From a bacterium (lineage in GTDB: Bacteria > Actinomycetota > Acidimicrobiia > Spongiisociales > Spongiisociaceae), in contig JAPPGV010000076.1 of the NCBI GenBank assembly GCA_028821235.1, positions 32,657 to 96,656 of the forward strand: DNA of 64,000 nt. The letters are read 5' to 3'. Every line of letters begins with the position of its first letter. The stretch's first letter is position 1. Shown piece after piece: positions 36,221-44,558 of the stretch. The translations under genes and the position numbers were made by a program. Under the pieces are notes generated by a model that saw only the letters and a program-made list of their open reading frames with translations, was not told the DNA's origin and did not search any database.

Positions 36221-36892
36221 ATGCCGCCTTCTGCCCGCACGAGGGTCCGCCGCGGTCGGGAACGGGCCCGCTACGACCGAGCGGAAGTGTTGGAGATCCT
36301 GGACGCCGGCGTCATAGCCCATGTCGGTGTGGCCACACCGGACGGACCCCTCGTTCTGCCGATGGCTTACGGCCGTGATGACGAGATGCTCTACCTGCAT
36401 GGGGCCATCGCCAATCACCTCCTCGGCTCTGGTGAGGAACAGGAGATATGCGCCACCGTCACGCACCTCGACGGGCTCGTAATGGCCCGCTCCCCCTTCC
36501 ACAACTCGATGAACTACCGATCGGTGGTGGTGCGGGGCCGCGGCCGACGGATCCGTGACGATCGGCGGAAGCTCGAGGCGCTCAAGCTCATCACCGACCA
36601 CGTAGTACCGCACTGGGACGATGTCCGCCCGCCGTCGCGGTCCGAACTGCGCAAGACCCTGGTCCTGGAACTCCCCCTCCTGGAGGCGTCGGCCAAGGTG
36701 AGAACCGGGGATCCGATCGACGATCCCGAGGACATCGAAGGCCCCTGGTGGGCGGGGACGGTACCGATCACGACCCGCTTTGGCCGGGCGACCCCGTCGG
36801 CAGACCTGGAGTCCGGCTCGAGTGTCCCGGCACCCCTGCGCGCGCTGACCGATCTGACGCTAGACGAACGCCGCCAGCCTCATCGCAGGTGA
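36221..36892 (+). CDS. Pyridoxamine 5'-phosphate oxidase-family (FMN-binding split barrel) protein
   Basis: Pattern RARYDRAEVLEILDAGVIAHVGV..DG.PLVLPMAY.RD...LYLHG. Alternative ATG at 36191. The upstream in-frame part is toxin-derived. Confidence 0.75.
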   Translation: MPPSARTRVRRGRERARYDRAEVLEILDAGVIAHVGVATPDGPLVLPMAYGRDDEMLYLHGAIANHLLGSGEEQEICATVTHLDGLVMARSPFHNSMNYRSVVVRGRGRRIRDDRRKLEALKLITDHVVPHWDDVRPPSRSELRKTLVLELPLLEASAKVRTGDPIDDPEDIEGPWWAGTVPITTRFGRATPSADLESGSSVPAPLRALTDLTLDERRQPHRR

Positions 36893-36907
36893 CATAGAAA
36901 AGAGAGA

Positions 36908-38530
36908 TCAGAGACCGATGGCACAGCCGTCGCCCCTGGGATCGGAGCCACCCCAGAGGACACCGGTCTCCGGATCGCGCACGATGATCTGCCCTCGGCC
37001 TACCACCGTTGTTCGCAGGGCGCCCGAAGCGGGACGGACGGGGTGCCCGAGTCGGGCCAGGGCGCTGATCGTGCCCTCCGGTATGGTGTCCTCGACCCAG
37101 ATCTGACCATTGGGCGGGTCGTCGTAGATCGAGAAGCGAGGCTCGTCTATGGCACTCTGGGGATCCATGCCGCGGTCCACCAGATTGATAACCGCCTGGA
37201 CGTGTCCCTGGGGCTGATTCCACGCGCCCATCACCCCGAAAGGTCCCACGAGCGACCCGTCCGGCCGGGTGAGCATGGCAGGGATGATGGTGTGGTAGGG
37301 GCGCTTCCCGCCCTCCATGGCATTGGGGTGGTCCGGTTCGAGGACGAACCCGGCGCCGCGGTTCTGCAGGCTGAACCCGCAGCCACGGGGCACGATGCCG
37401 CTTCCGAAGCCGTGATAGTTGCTGTTGATGAAGGAGCAGGCGTTCCCCTCTCCGTCGACCGTGCACAGGTAGACGGTGTCGGATCCGCCCGGCAGGTGGC
37501 CGGCGGTTGCGAACTCGATGGCGGCCTCGGAGGAGATGAGCCGGCGACGCTCCGCCGCGTACCCTTTGCTGAGCATGGCGGCGACGGGGACGCGGGCGCG
37601 GGTGGGATCCGCGATGTAGGCCCGGGCGTCGGCGAAGGCCAGGCGGACCGCCTCGATGGTCGTGTGCAACGCTTCCGGCGACCTCGGTCGGGTCGAGGGG
37701 ATGTCGAATCCCTCCAGGATGTTCAGAGCCATCAGCGCGGTGATGCCCTGGCCGTTGGGAGGACACTCGTAGACGGTGTAGCCACGGTAGGTGGTTGAGA
37801 TCGGGCTGTCGAAGGATGAACGGTGATCTCGCATGTCGTCGGCCGTCATGCAGCCACCGTTCATCTGCACAGCCTCGACGATGGCCCGCGCCGGCCACCC
37901 GCTATAGAACGCGTCGGCGCCGCCCTCCGCCACGGCGCGCATCACCCGGGCGATGGACGCGTTTCTCCACACCTCGCCTGGCCCTGGAGCACGGCCGTCG
38001 ACCAGCAGATCGTGGCCGGCAGGTCCCCTAGCCCTCAAGAGGTCTTCTTGCCCCTTCCAGCCGCCGCTGATGATGGGCGTCACCGGAAACCCGTCCTCGG
38101 CCAGCGCGATGGCCGGTGCCAGCACCTCAGCCATCGACATCCGCCCGAAGCGCTCCACGGTGTCCACCCAGCCTGCGACCGCGCCGGGCACCGTCACCGC
38201 GTGGGGTCCCTGTGGATCGAAGCCAGCCGGTCCCCCGGCCATTTCCGGTGTCAGAGCCTTGGGACTCCGTCCGCTGCCGTTGACGGCGTCGACCACACCT
38301 CGGCCGGAGTCATAGAAGAGGGCAAAGCAGTCACCGCCGATGCCCGTGGAACCCGGTTCGACCACCGCCAGCGCCGCGGCGGTGGCAACGGCGGCGTCAG
38401 CTGCATTGCCGCCCGACTGCAGCACCGAGATACCGGCCAGGGTGGCCAGCGGCTGGCTTGAGGCCACCACACCCCGCGTGGACAGGATGGGCGAGCGTCG
38501 GGACTCCCATCGGATCCGGTGTGCGTACAC
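36908..38530 (-). CDS. ggt: Gamma-glutamyltransferase
   Basis: Full-length GGT pattern with autoprocessing Thr (GGSDTVYL) and the small-subunit GGSDPRGDG motif. Confidence 0.9.
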   Translation of the reverse strand: MYAHRIRWESRRSPILSTRGVVASSQPLATLAGISVLQSGGNAADAAVATAAALAVVEPGSTGIGGDCFALFYDSGRGVVDAVNGSGRSPKALTPEMAGGPAGFDPQGPHAVTVPGAVAGWVDTVERFGRMSMAEVLAPAIALAEDGFPVTPIISGGWKGQEDLLRARGPAGHDLLVDGRAPGPGEVWRNASIARVMRAVAEGGADAFYSGWPARAIVEAVQMNGGCMTADDMRDHRSSFDSPISTTYRGYTVYECPPNGQGITALMALNILEGFDIPSTRPRSPEALHTTIEAVRLAFADARAYIADPTRARVPVAAMLSKGYAAERRRLISSEAAIEFATAGHLPGGSDTVYLCTVDGEGNACSFINSNYHGFGSGIVPRGCGFSLQNRGAGFVLEPDHPNAMEGGKRPYHTIIPAMLTRPDGSLVGPFGVMGAWNQPQGHVQAVINLVDRGMDPQSAIDEPRFSIYDDPPNGQIWVEDTIPEGTISALARLGHPVRPASGALRTTVVGRGQIIVRDPETGVLWGGSDPRGDGCAIGL

Positions 38531-38596
38531 GCTCCCAGGCTACCCAGTCGCGGAGCGCGGACTCAGGCAGCGCCAGTTCGTCGACCCGCGCAACCA

Positions 38597-39772
38597 TCAC
38601 TTAGGGCCGGCGTCATGGAGGCGCGCCCACGGCATGAGTGTCCCGTCCGAGCGGAACTGGAGATCGTCACCCCCGTACACCACCATGATGTCGGATGGGC
38701 GAGGTATGGAGGCCATGTGCCGCTGGACTGTCCTTCCGGCGCCGAAGAAGCTGGAGGACGCCGTGATCCCCGACTTGGCTTCCACGAGGGTGATCCCGTC
38801 CGGACGGTCGATCAGCAGATCGATCTCGACCCCGTTGCGATCCCGATAGAACGAGAGCCCGCCCGGCTCGCCCAGGTTGGCCCGGTGCTTGGCGATCTCG
38901 GAAACGACCCATGTCTCGAATATCGCACCCCGTAGCGGATGGGAACGCAGGTGTTCGGGCGTCCGGATGCCGAGGAGCCAGCAGACCAGGCCCGTGTCGT
39001 AGAAATGCAGTTTGGGCATCTTGACGAGCCGCTTGCGCACGTTCGAGTGGAAGGCTTGAAGCCGGAACACTACGAACCCCGCTTCGAGGACCGACAGCCA
39101 CGCCTTCGCGGTCGGCTGTGATACTCCGCAGTCGCCGGCCAGGGACGAGTAATTGAGCAACTGGGCGGTGCGTCCGGCGCACAGTTGAACGAACCGTTGG
39201 AAGGTGGCGAGATCTCCGATGCTCCTGATGGATCGGACGTCGCGTTCTATGTAGGTCGCGACGTAGGATCGGAGCCAGTCGGACGGGTCGAGGCCGCGGT
39301 CGAATATTCGGGGATAGGAGCCTGCCAGCAGTGACTCCTCAAGACCTGTCGGGTGACGGGGAAAGCGCACGATCTCCCCACGGGTCAGGGTGAACAGATT
39401 GTGGAGGGCTGTCCGACCGGCCAGCGACTGGCTTACCGCCTCCAGCAAAGCGAGATTCTGCGATCCGGTCAGGATCCAGCGTCCGGGCTCCGGATCGTCA
39501 TCGATGAGGCCTTGCAGGTACGACAGGATATGCGGTGCGCGCTGCACCTCGTCGATCACGGCGCCCTCGGATAACCCGGCCAGGAAACCACGAGGATCCG
39601 CTCTAGCGAACGCGTGCGTGTCAGGAGCTTCGAGCGTCACGTAAGCATGATCGGGGAAGAGCGTGCGGCACAGGGTGGTCTTACCGCTCTGGCGCGGTCC
39701 GGTCAGAGTGACGGACGGCATCGTCCGCGCTGCCGCGAGTACCTGCGGCGCCAGGTCCCTGTCGATCAGCAT
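38597..39772 (-). CDS. AAA ATPase (AAA_14 + DUF4143 architecture)
   Basis: Walker A GPRQSGKTT, Walker B-like AVIDEVQ, and a C-terminal DUF4143-like region (FYDTGL...). Confidence 0.8.
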   Translation of the reverse strand: MLIDRDLAPQVLAAARTMPSVTLTGPRQSGKTTLCRTLFPDHAYVTLEAPDTHAFARADPRGFLAGLSEGAVIDEVQRAPHILSYLQGLIDDDPEPGRWILTGSQNLALLEAVSQSLAGRTALHNLFTLTRGEIVRFPRHPTGLEESLLAGSYPRIFDRGLDPSDWLRSYVATYIERDVRSIRSIGDLATFQRFVQLCAGRTAQLLNYSSLAGDCGVSQPTAKAWLSVLEAGFVVFRLQAFHSNVRKRLVKMPKLHFYDTGLVCWLLGIRTPEHLRSHPLRGAIFETWVVSEIAKHRANLGEPGGLSFYRDRNGVEIDLLIDRPDGITLVEAKSGITASSSFFGAGRTVQRHMASIPRPSDIMVVYGGDDLQFRSDGTLMPWARLHDAGPK

Positions 39773-39841
39773 GCACAGCAGATTACAACCATGCTAGGCT
39801 AATTCAAAGTTTAATTTTGAAATAGCTTGGACTCGTGGCCG

Positions 39842-40006
39842 CTATGCGCTGTCTTCTTGCCAGCGGAGGACGGGGCGGCGGGCGGCAGTGTCTTCTGCCA
39901 CAAGACACCTGAGTCCCTCTTGGCCTCGTCCGCGTTGACAAATTGCGCGGCCTCTCCATGAGTCTGGGACATCGGCCTGGGTGTATTGCTCGACCACTCG
40001 GTTCTG
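39842..40006 (-). pseudogene. Orphan remnant of a gcvPB 3' end
   Basis: Minus-strand frame ends ...EDTAARRPVLRWQEDSA* compared with intact GcvPB ...DEATAARRPVLRWTSEGQ*. No gene body. Only patchy nucleotide similarity upstream of the 31-nt core. Confidence 0.55.
39860..39890. repeat. Direct repeat, left copy (att-like): CCAGCGGAGGACGGGGCGGCGGGCGGCAGTG
   Basis: 29 of 31 nt identical to 43095-43125, same orientation. Confidence 0.8.
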
Positions 40007-40110
40007 TTAGCCCCCTTCGCGCGCAGCCCGGCCACCGTGATTGCCGCTCGCTTGCATTCTCTAGGCTGCTATGCCGTACCTGACCGCCGACTGAGTCAAG
40101 GACCGGAGAA

Positions 40111-43056
40111 GTGGCTAAGGCCGAGCGGGAACTGACCTGGACAACCTCGCCGCCATCTAGGAGAGCGTTGCGTAGGCAAGGCTTCGCCGTGTTCCACTTT
40201 GCCGAGGTGCGGAACAGGCACATCGTACATGCTCGCTCAGCGACGGTCACACGTGACACGCTTGAGAACGCTGCGGCAAGCATCTTGAGATTGATGGACG
40301 GCCACGAGCGCATCGCGATTCTCGGAGTACCCGCTCGAACAAATGGGGACGTCGATGACATCTACTCTTTTCTGGTCGAGCCATCGTTCCGCCGCGACCT
40401 CACGCTACTTCTCGGCGTCGACAGGTCGTTCGACGAACTCGATCCGGTAGAACTCACGACACCGGAAATGGGATATCCATGGAGCCTCGAACGGCTTCAG
40501 TATCTAATGCGGACCTACGCCCGGAACCAGCAAAGCGATGGGATACCGCCCCTCACGCCGATCGAAGCGATCCTGCTCGGTGCTATGCGTAGTCACGGCT
40601 TGACGCCGCAGGCACAGTACGGCATCATCAAGTACCGGGTTGACTTCGCTTTCCCCGCCCAGCATCTAGTCGTCGAATGCGACGGACGCGGATGGCATGA
40701 TGCGGAGCGCGATGCCCGGCGAGACGCGCAACTCGAAGCTCTAGGCTGGAAGACCCTTCGCTTCACAGGCTCGGAGATATACCGCCGGGCGTCTGCAGTC
40801 ACGAAACAGATAGTCTCCGAGCTTGAGACGCGATCACACGTCACGACTTACACAGAACAACCCCGGGAAGCACGTCGCGCCTGGTGGCACCGAATCCTCG
40901 ATTTCTTCCTGGGCCGCCACCAGCCGCAAACCTCACTGCCCCCTCCATCGACACCTGCTTCGGAGCGCAGCGTGCCGGCCTGGAAGGCCCATCTCGACGC
41001 CGACCAGCGCCGCGCGGTTGACGGCCACGAAGGAGTAATACAGGTCATTGCGCCGGCCGGCTCCGGCAAGACCACCACCATGATCGCCCGGGTCCAGGAA
41101 CTCTTCGCGAGGGGGGCACTTGCTAACCGAATCCTGTGCACCACCTTCAACCGAGATACCCGTGTTGACCTAGAGGCTCGCCTTGAGCCGAAGGGTCTCG
41201 CCAATGTCCAAGTGAAGACGTTCCATGCGCTCGGAAGGGCCATCCTCGACCAGGAAGGCCTTCTTCGTTCGGAAATCGGCTCCATCAGTCATGGTCAGTG
41301 GCGTCGGATCGCGAAGCTAGCCAAGGATGCGGTCGAGGATGGTGTCTGGATTGACGCTCCGGTAGCGGCCGAAGTAGTGAGCAATTACAAACTATCTGAA
41401 ATGTGGGACCCGCTGACGGCTCGGCAACGAGCAGCAAACAGCTTCTACAGGACTGCCGCCGAAATCTACACCCTTTATGAGGAGCATCTGGAAGCTGCGG
41501 GACGCAATGACTTCGATGACCTGATATTCCGAGCCGTTGAGCATTTGAAGAGCAATGATGCTGCTAGACGGCGCTGGCAGGATAGATGGGAACACGTGCT
41601 AGTTGACGAGTACCAGGACATTGAGCCAGCGCAGGAGCTACTGATCCGTTTCGTAGCGGCACCGGAGGATTCTCTCTTCACCGTAGGCGACGAGGATCAA
41701 TGCATTTACACATGGCGGCGGGCCAGCGTCGAGCGCATTGTGATGTTGGACACAAAGTACCCGGGTCTTCAGCGCGTCGTGTTGAGCACCTCGTATCGCT
41801 GCCCACCCGTGGTCACCGACGCCGCCCGGAGTCTTATCAGCAACAACAGACGTCGTTTCCCCAAGGAGATTCTACCGAGTCCCAACCGGAAGGGGTTAGG
41901 TGAGATTGAGCTTCGGATTACCGAGAGCCTTGCCGCGGGTGCTCATGAGACCACGACCTTGCTGAAGGAACATGACGGGCCACCCGGCGAGATAGTGGTG
42001 TTGGCGCGCACCAGCCGTTTGCTACGCGCCGTTGTACGCGCATGTGCAGAACAGGGGGTAGCTGTCAATGCGCCACGTCAGTCGCTGCGCCTCACTGATT
42101 CGGAGAAGACCGTGCTCGCCTATCTGCGAGTTGTGTCGTCGCCTAGGAGCGCCCAGGCCGAAGACATCAAACGTTCTTTTCGTGTCCCCAACCGCTACCT
42201 CCGCGACGGCGACCAGCACCGGATTCGGCAAGCTCTCGGCGATCGGCTCTCCTTCGCCGGGGCGGTGGAATCGATCGGCGCTACCGGTTCAGAGGAGTGG
42301 CGCACCAGGGGACAGCGGGAATGGGCACAGCTATGTCAGGAACTCAGGACCGCTGCTGATGCCACCGCCGCCATGAAGCTCCTTCGAACTTCCGGGGGGC
42401 TCGACCGTCACTACATGAGCGTCGACCAGTTGTCCCGCCACGATCAGTACGAGGTAGAAGCGCTAGAGGACATCCAGGACGCAGCAACAGGCCGGAGCCT
42501 GTTCGAGTTGGTCACACACCTCGAAAGCCGCGCGTTGTTGCTAAACCAGGATCGGAACAGCCAAGGAGGCAAGGACGCGATCGAGCTAAACACAATCCAT
42601 CGGGCAAAGGGACGCGAGTGGGACACGGTCATTCTGTTCGGCGCCGACGATGATCAGCTTCCCCACCGTCGAACGGTACTCGAAGCTGAGAGCGAGGAAG
42701 AGTTGGAGGTAGCCATAGAGGACGAGCGACGCCTGGCCTATGTCGCCATCACGCGAACCCGCCACAAGCTCGTGCTTGTCACGACCGGAGTTCCCAGCCC
42801 GTACCTGCGTGAGGCAGGTATCACTCAGTCGGCTGGAGCCCTTCCAACACGCGCCAGCCTCCTTGAGTCGCGTGGATCATCGCATCCCTCGCGGGACTCT
42901 GCCTCACCGACAGTTCAAGCGCAGTATCGCACCATATGCCATAACTGCGGTCGGCCCATCGAGCCCGGAAACCCGATCAGGAGATTTGGTGACGGCTGGG
43001 CACACGACCAGTGTGACCGTCACAGGCCCCGTCTCCGTCACGAAGCTCCGTTCTGA
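40111..43056 (+). CDS. Fusion protein: unknown N-terminal region + DUF559 (Vsr-like) endonuclease domain + UvrD/Rep SF1 helicase + C-terminal Cys/His zinc-ribbon-like motif
   Basis: DUF559: YRVDFAFPAQHLVVECDGRGWH...LGWKTLRF. Helicase motifs APAGSGKTT, VLVDEYQD, GDEDQCIYTWRRA, SYRC, IHRAKGREWD, YVAITRTRHKL. C-terminus: CHNCG...HDQC. The GTG start is uncertain. Confidence 0.85.
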   Translation: MAKAERELTWTTSPPSRRALRRQGFAVFHFAEVRNRHIVHARSATVTRDTLENAAASILRLMDGHERIAILGVPARTNGDVDDIYSFLVEPSFRRDLTLLLGVDRSFDELDPVELTTPEMGYPWSLERLQYLMRTYARNQQSDGIPPLTPIEAILLGAMRSHGLTPQAQYGIIKYRVDFAFPAQHLVVECDGRGWHDAERDARRDAQLEALGWKTLRFTGSEIYRRASAVTKQIVSELETRSHVTTYTEQPREARRAWWHRILDFFLGRHQPQTSLPPPSTPASERSVPAWKAHLDADQRRAVDGHEGVIQVIAPAGSGKTTTMIARVQELFARGALANRILCTTFNRDTRVDLEARLEPKGLANVQVKTFHALGRAILDQEGLLRSEIGSISHGQWRRIAKLAKDAVEDGVWIDAPVAAEVVSNYKLSEMWDPLTARQRAANSFYRTAAEIYTLYEEHLEAAGRNDFDDLIFRAVEHLKSNDAARRRWQDRWEHVLVDEYQDIEPAQELLIRFVAAPEDSLFTVGDEDQCIYTWRRASVERIVMLDTKYPGLQRVVLSTSYRCPPVVTDAARSLISNNRRRFPKEILPSPNRKGLGEIELRITESLAAGAHETTTLLKEHDGPPGEIVVLARTSRLLRAVVRACAEQGVAVNAPRQSLRLTDSEKTVLAYLRVVSSPRSAQAEDIKRSFRVPNRYLRDGDQHRIRQALGDRLSFAGAVESIGATGSEEWRTRGQREWAQLCQELRTAADATAAMKLLRTSGGLDRHYMSVDQLSRHDQYEVEALEDIQDAATGRSLFELVTHLESRALLLNQDRNSQGGKDAIELNTIHRAKGREWDTVILFGADDDQLPHRRTVLEAESEEELEVAIEDERRLAYVAITRTRHKLVLVTTGVPSPYLREAGITQSAGALPTRASLLESRGSSHPSRDSASPTVQAQYRTICHNCGRPIEPGNPIRRFGDGWAHDQCDRHRPRLRHEAPF

Positions 43057-43076
43057 GTCTTTGGTAACCCCTAGGG

Positions 43077-44558
43077 CTACTGCCCCTCCGAGGTCCAGCG
43101 GAGTACGGGGCGGCGGGCGGCTGTGGCCTCGTCGAGGCGGCCTATGGGTGCGGTCCAGGGGGCATGGTGCAGGGTGTCGGGATCGCTCTCGGCCTCCTTC
43201 GCGACCGAGATGAGGGCTTCGACCAGCGCTTCGATCGCCTCGGGAGGCTCGGACTCGGTGGGCTCGATCATCAGGGCCTCCTCGACGATCAACGGGAAGT
43301 AGACCGTCGGCGGGTGGAAACCGTGGTCGATCAGGCGCTTGGCGATGTCGTAGGTTCGCACCCCGAGCTCCCGGCGCTGGCGGGAGCCGGAGAACACCAC
43401 CTCATGCAGCACCGGACGGTCGTACGGCAGGTCGTAGTGGCCATGGAGCAGGGCGCGCACGTAGTTGGCGTTTAGCACCGCCTGGCCGGAGGCGGCGCGC
43501 AGGCCGTCGAGCCCCAACGCCCGCATGTACGCATAGGCGCGGACCAGGACCGCCGCGTTGCCCTGGAACTGCTGGAGCCGGCCGATGCTGCGCGCGGGCG
43601 CGACCAGGTGCACGAGACCGTCATCGCCCTCCTCCACCATCGGCGTAGGCAGGTACAGGGCCAGTTCCTCGGAGCACAATACGGGTCCGGCGCCCGGGCC
43701 GCCGCCACCGTGGGGGGTGCTGAAGCTCTTGTGGAGGTTTAGGTGGACGACATCGAAACCCAGGTCCCCGAAGCGCACGCGGCCCATGATCGCGTTGAAG
43801 TTCGCCCCGTCCCCGTACAGGTACCCGCCGGCGTCATGGATGAGCTCGGCCACCTCCTCGATGCCTTGCTCCCACAGCCCGAGGGTGTTGGGCGCGGTGA
43901 CCATGACGGCCGCCACGGTCTCGTCGAGCTCTCGCTCGATCGTGGCCCTGTCGAGCGAGCCGTCGGCGCCGGTCGGGATCTGGGTGACCTTGAATCCCGC
44001 CATGGTCGCCGTCGCCGGGTTGGTGCCGTGGGCCGAGTCCGGAACGAGGATGCGGCGGCGGGTCTCGAGCTCTCCCCGATCCTCGAGCGCGCGAGCCACC
44101 ATGAGAACACCTGCCAACTCTCCGTGTGCGCCCGCGGCAGGGGCGAAGCTGACATTCGGAAGGCCGGTGAGCTCGCCCAGACCACGACCCAGCTCCAACT
44201 GGACCCACAGCGTGCCCTGTACGTCCTCCTCCCGGGCCTGGGGATGTGCCCGGGCGAACCCCGGAAGGGAGGCCACCGTGTCGTTGACCTTCGGGTTGTA
44301 CTTCATGGTGCAGGAGCCCAGCGGATACGTACCGGAGTCGATGCCGAAGTTCCGCGCCGACATTGCCGTGTAGTAGCGCACCAGCCCTCCCTGGCTGAGC
44401 TCGGGCAATCGCACCGAGTCGCGCAGCAGGTGATCGTCCGGCAGAGGAGCCTCCTCCCCCGCCCACGAGGGCACGTCGACCGCTCGACGGCCCGGTTCTC
44501 CGCGGTCGAAGCTCAGGCGCGCTCCGAAGTCGGCTACGCCAGGTCCGGAGCCGCTCAC
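43077..44558 (-). CDS. gcvPB: Glycine dehydrogenase (decarboxylating), subunit 2
   Basis: PLP-lysine block NLHKSF and family-wide pattern. 4-nt overlap with gcvPA. Confidence 0.95.
   Translation of the reverse strand: MSGSGPGVADFGARLSFDRGEPGRRAVDVPSWAGEEAPLPDDHLLRDSVRLPELSQGGLVRYYTAMSARNFGIDSGTYPLGSCTMKYNPKVNDTVASLPGFARAHPQAREEDVQGTLWVQLELGRGLGELTGLPNVSFAPAAGAHGELAGVLMVARALEDRGELETRRRILVPDSAHGTNPATATMAGFKVTQIPTGADGSLDRATIERELDETVAAVMVTAPNTLGLWEQGIEEVAELIHDAGGYLYGDGANFNAIMGRVRFGDLGFDVVHLNLHKSFSTPHGGGGPGAGPVLCSEELALYLPTPMVEEGDDGLVHLVAPARSIGRLQQFQGNAAVLVRAYAYMRALGLDGLRAASGQAVLNANYVRALLHGHYDLPYDRPVLHEVVFSGSRQRRELGVRTYDIAKRLIDHGFHPPTVYFPLIVEEALMIEPTESEPPEAIEALVEALISVAKEAESDPDTLHHAPWTAPIGRLDEATAARRPVLRWTSEGQ
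43095..43125. repeat. Direct repeat, right copy (inside the gcvPB 3' end): CCAGCGGAGTACGGGGCGGCGGGCGGCTGTG
   Basis: See 39860-39890. Confidence 0.8.

Noticed and set aside
35867-36613. 248-aa minus ORF opposite the PNPOx-family gene
   Set aside because: No recognisable family. The plus strand explains the region (MazF remnant plus PNPOx-like gene).
36768-37898. 376-aa minus ORF in another frame of ggt
   Set aside because: Arg/Pro/Gly-rich alternative-frame shadow of the clearly identifiable GGT frame.
38597-43056. Gabija-like or other two-gene ATPase + UvrD-helicase defence pair
   Set aside because: The ATPase is an AAA_14/DUF4143 type without OLD/TOPRIM features. The genes are divergent, and the gcvPB-remnant evidence indicates they became neighbours only through the insertion.
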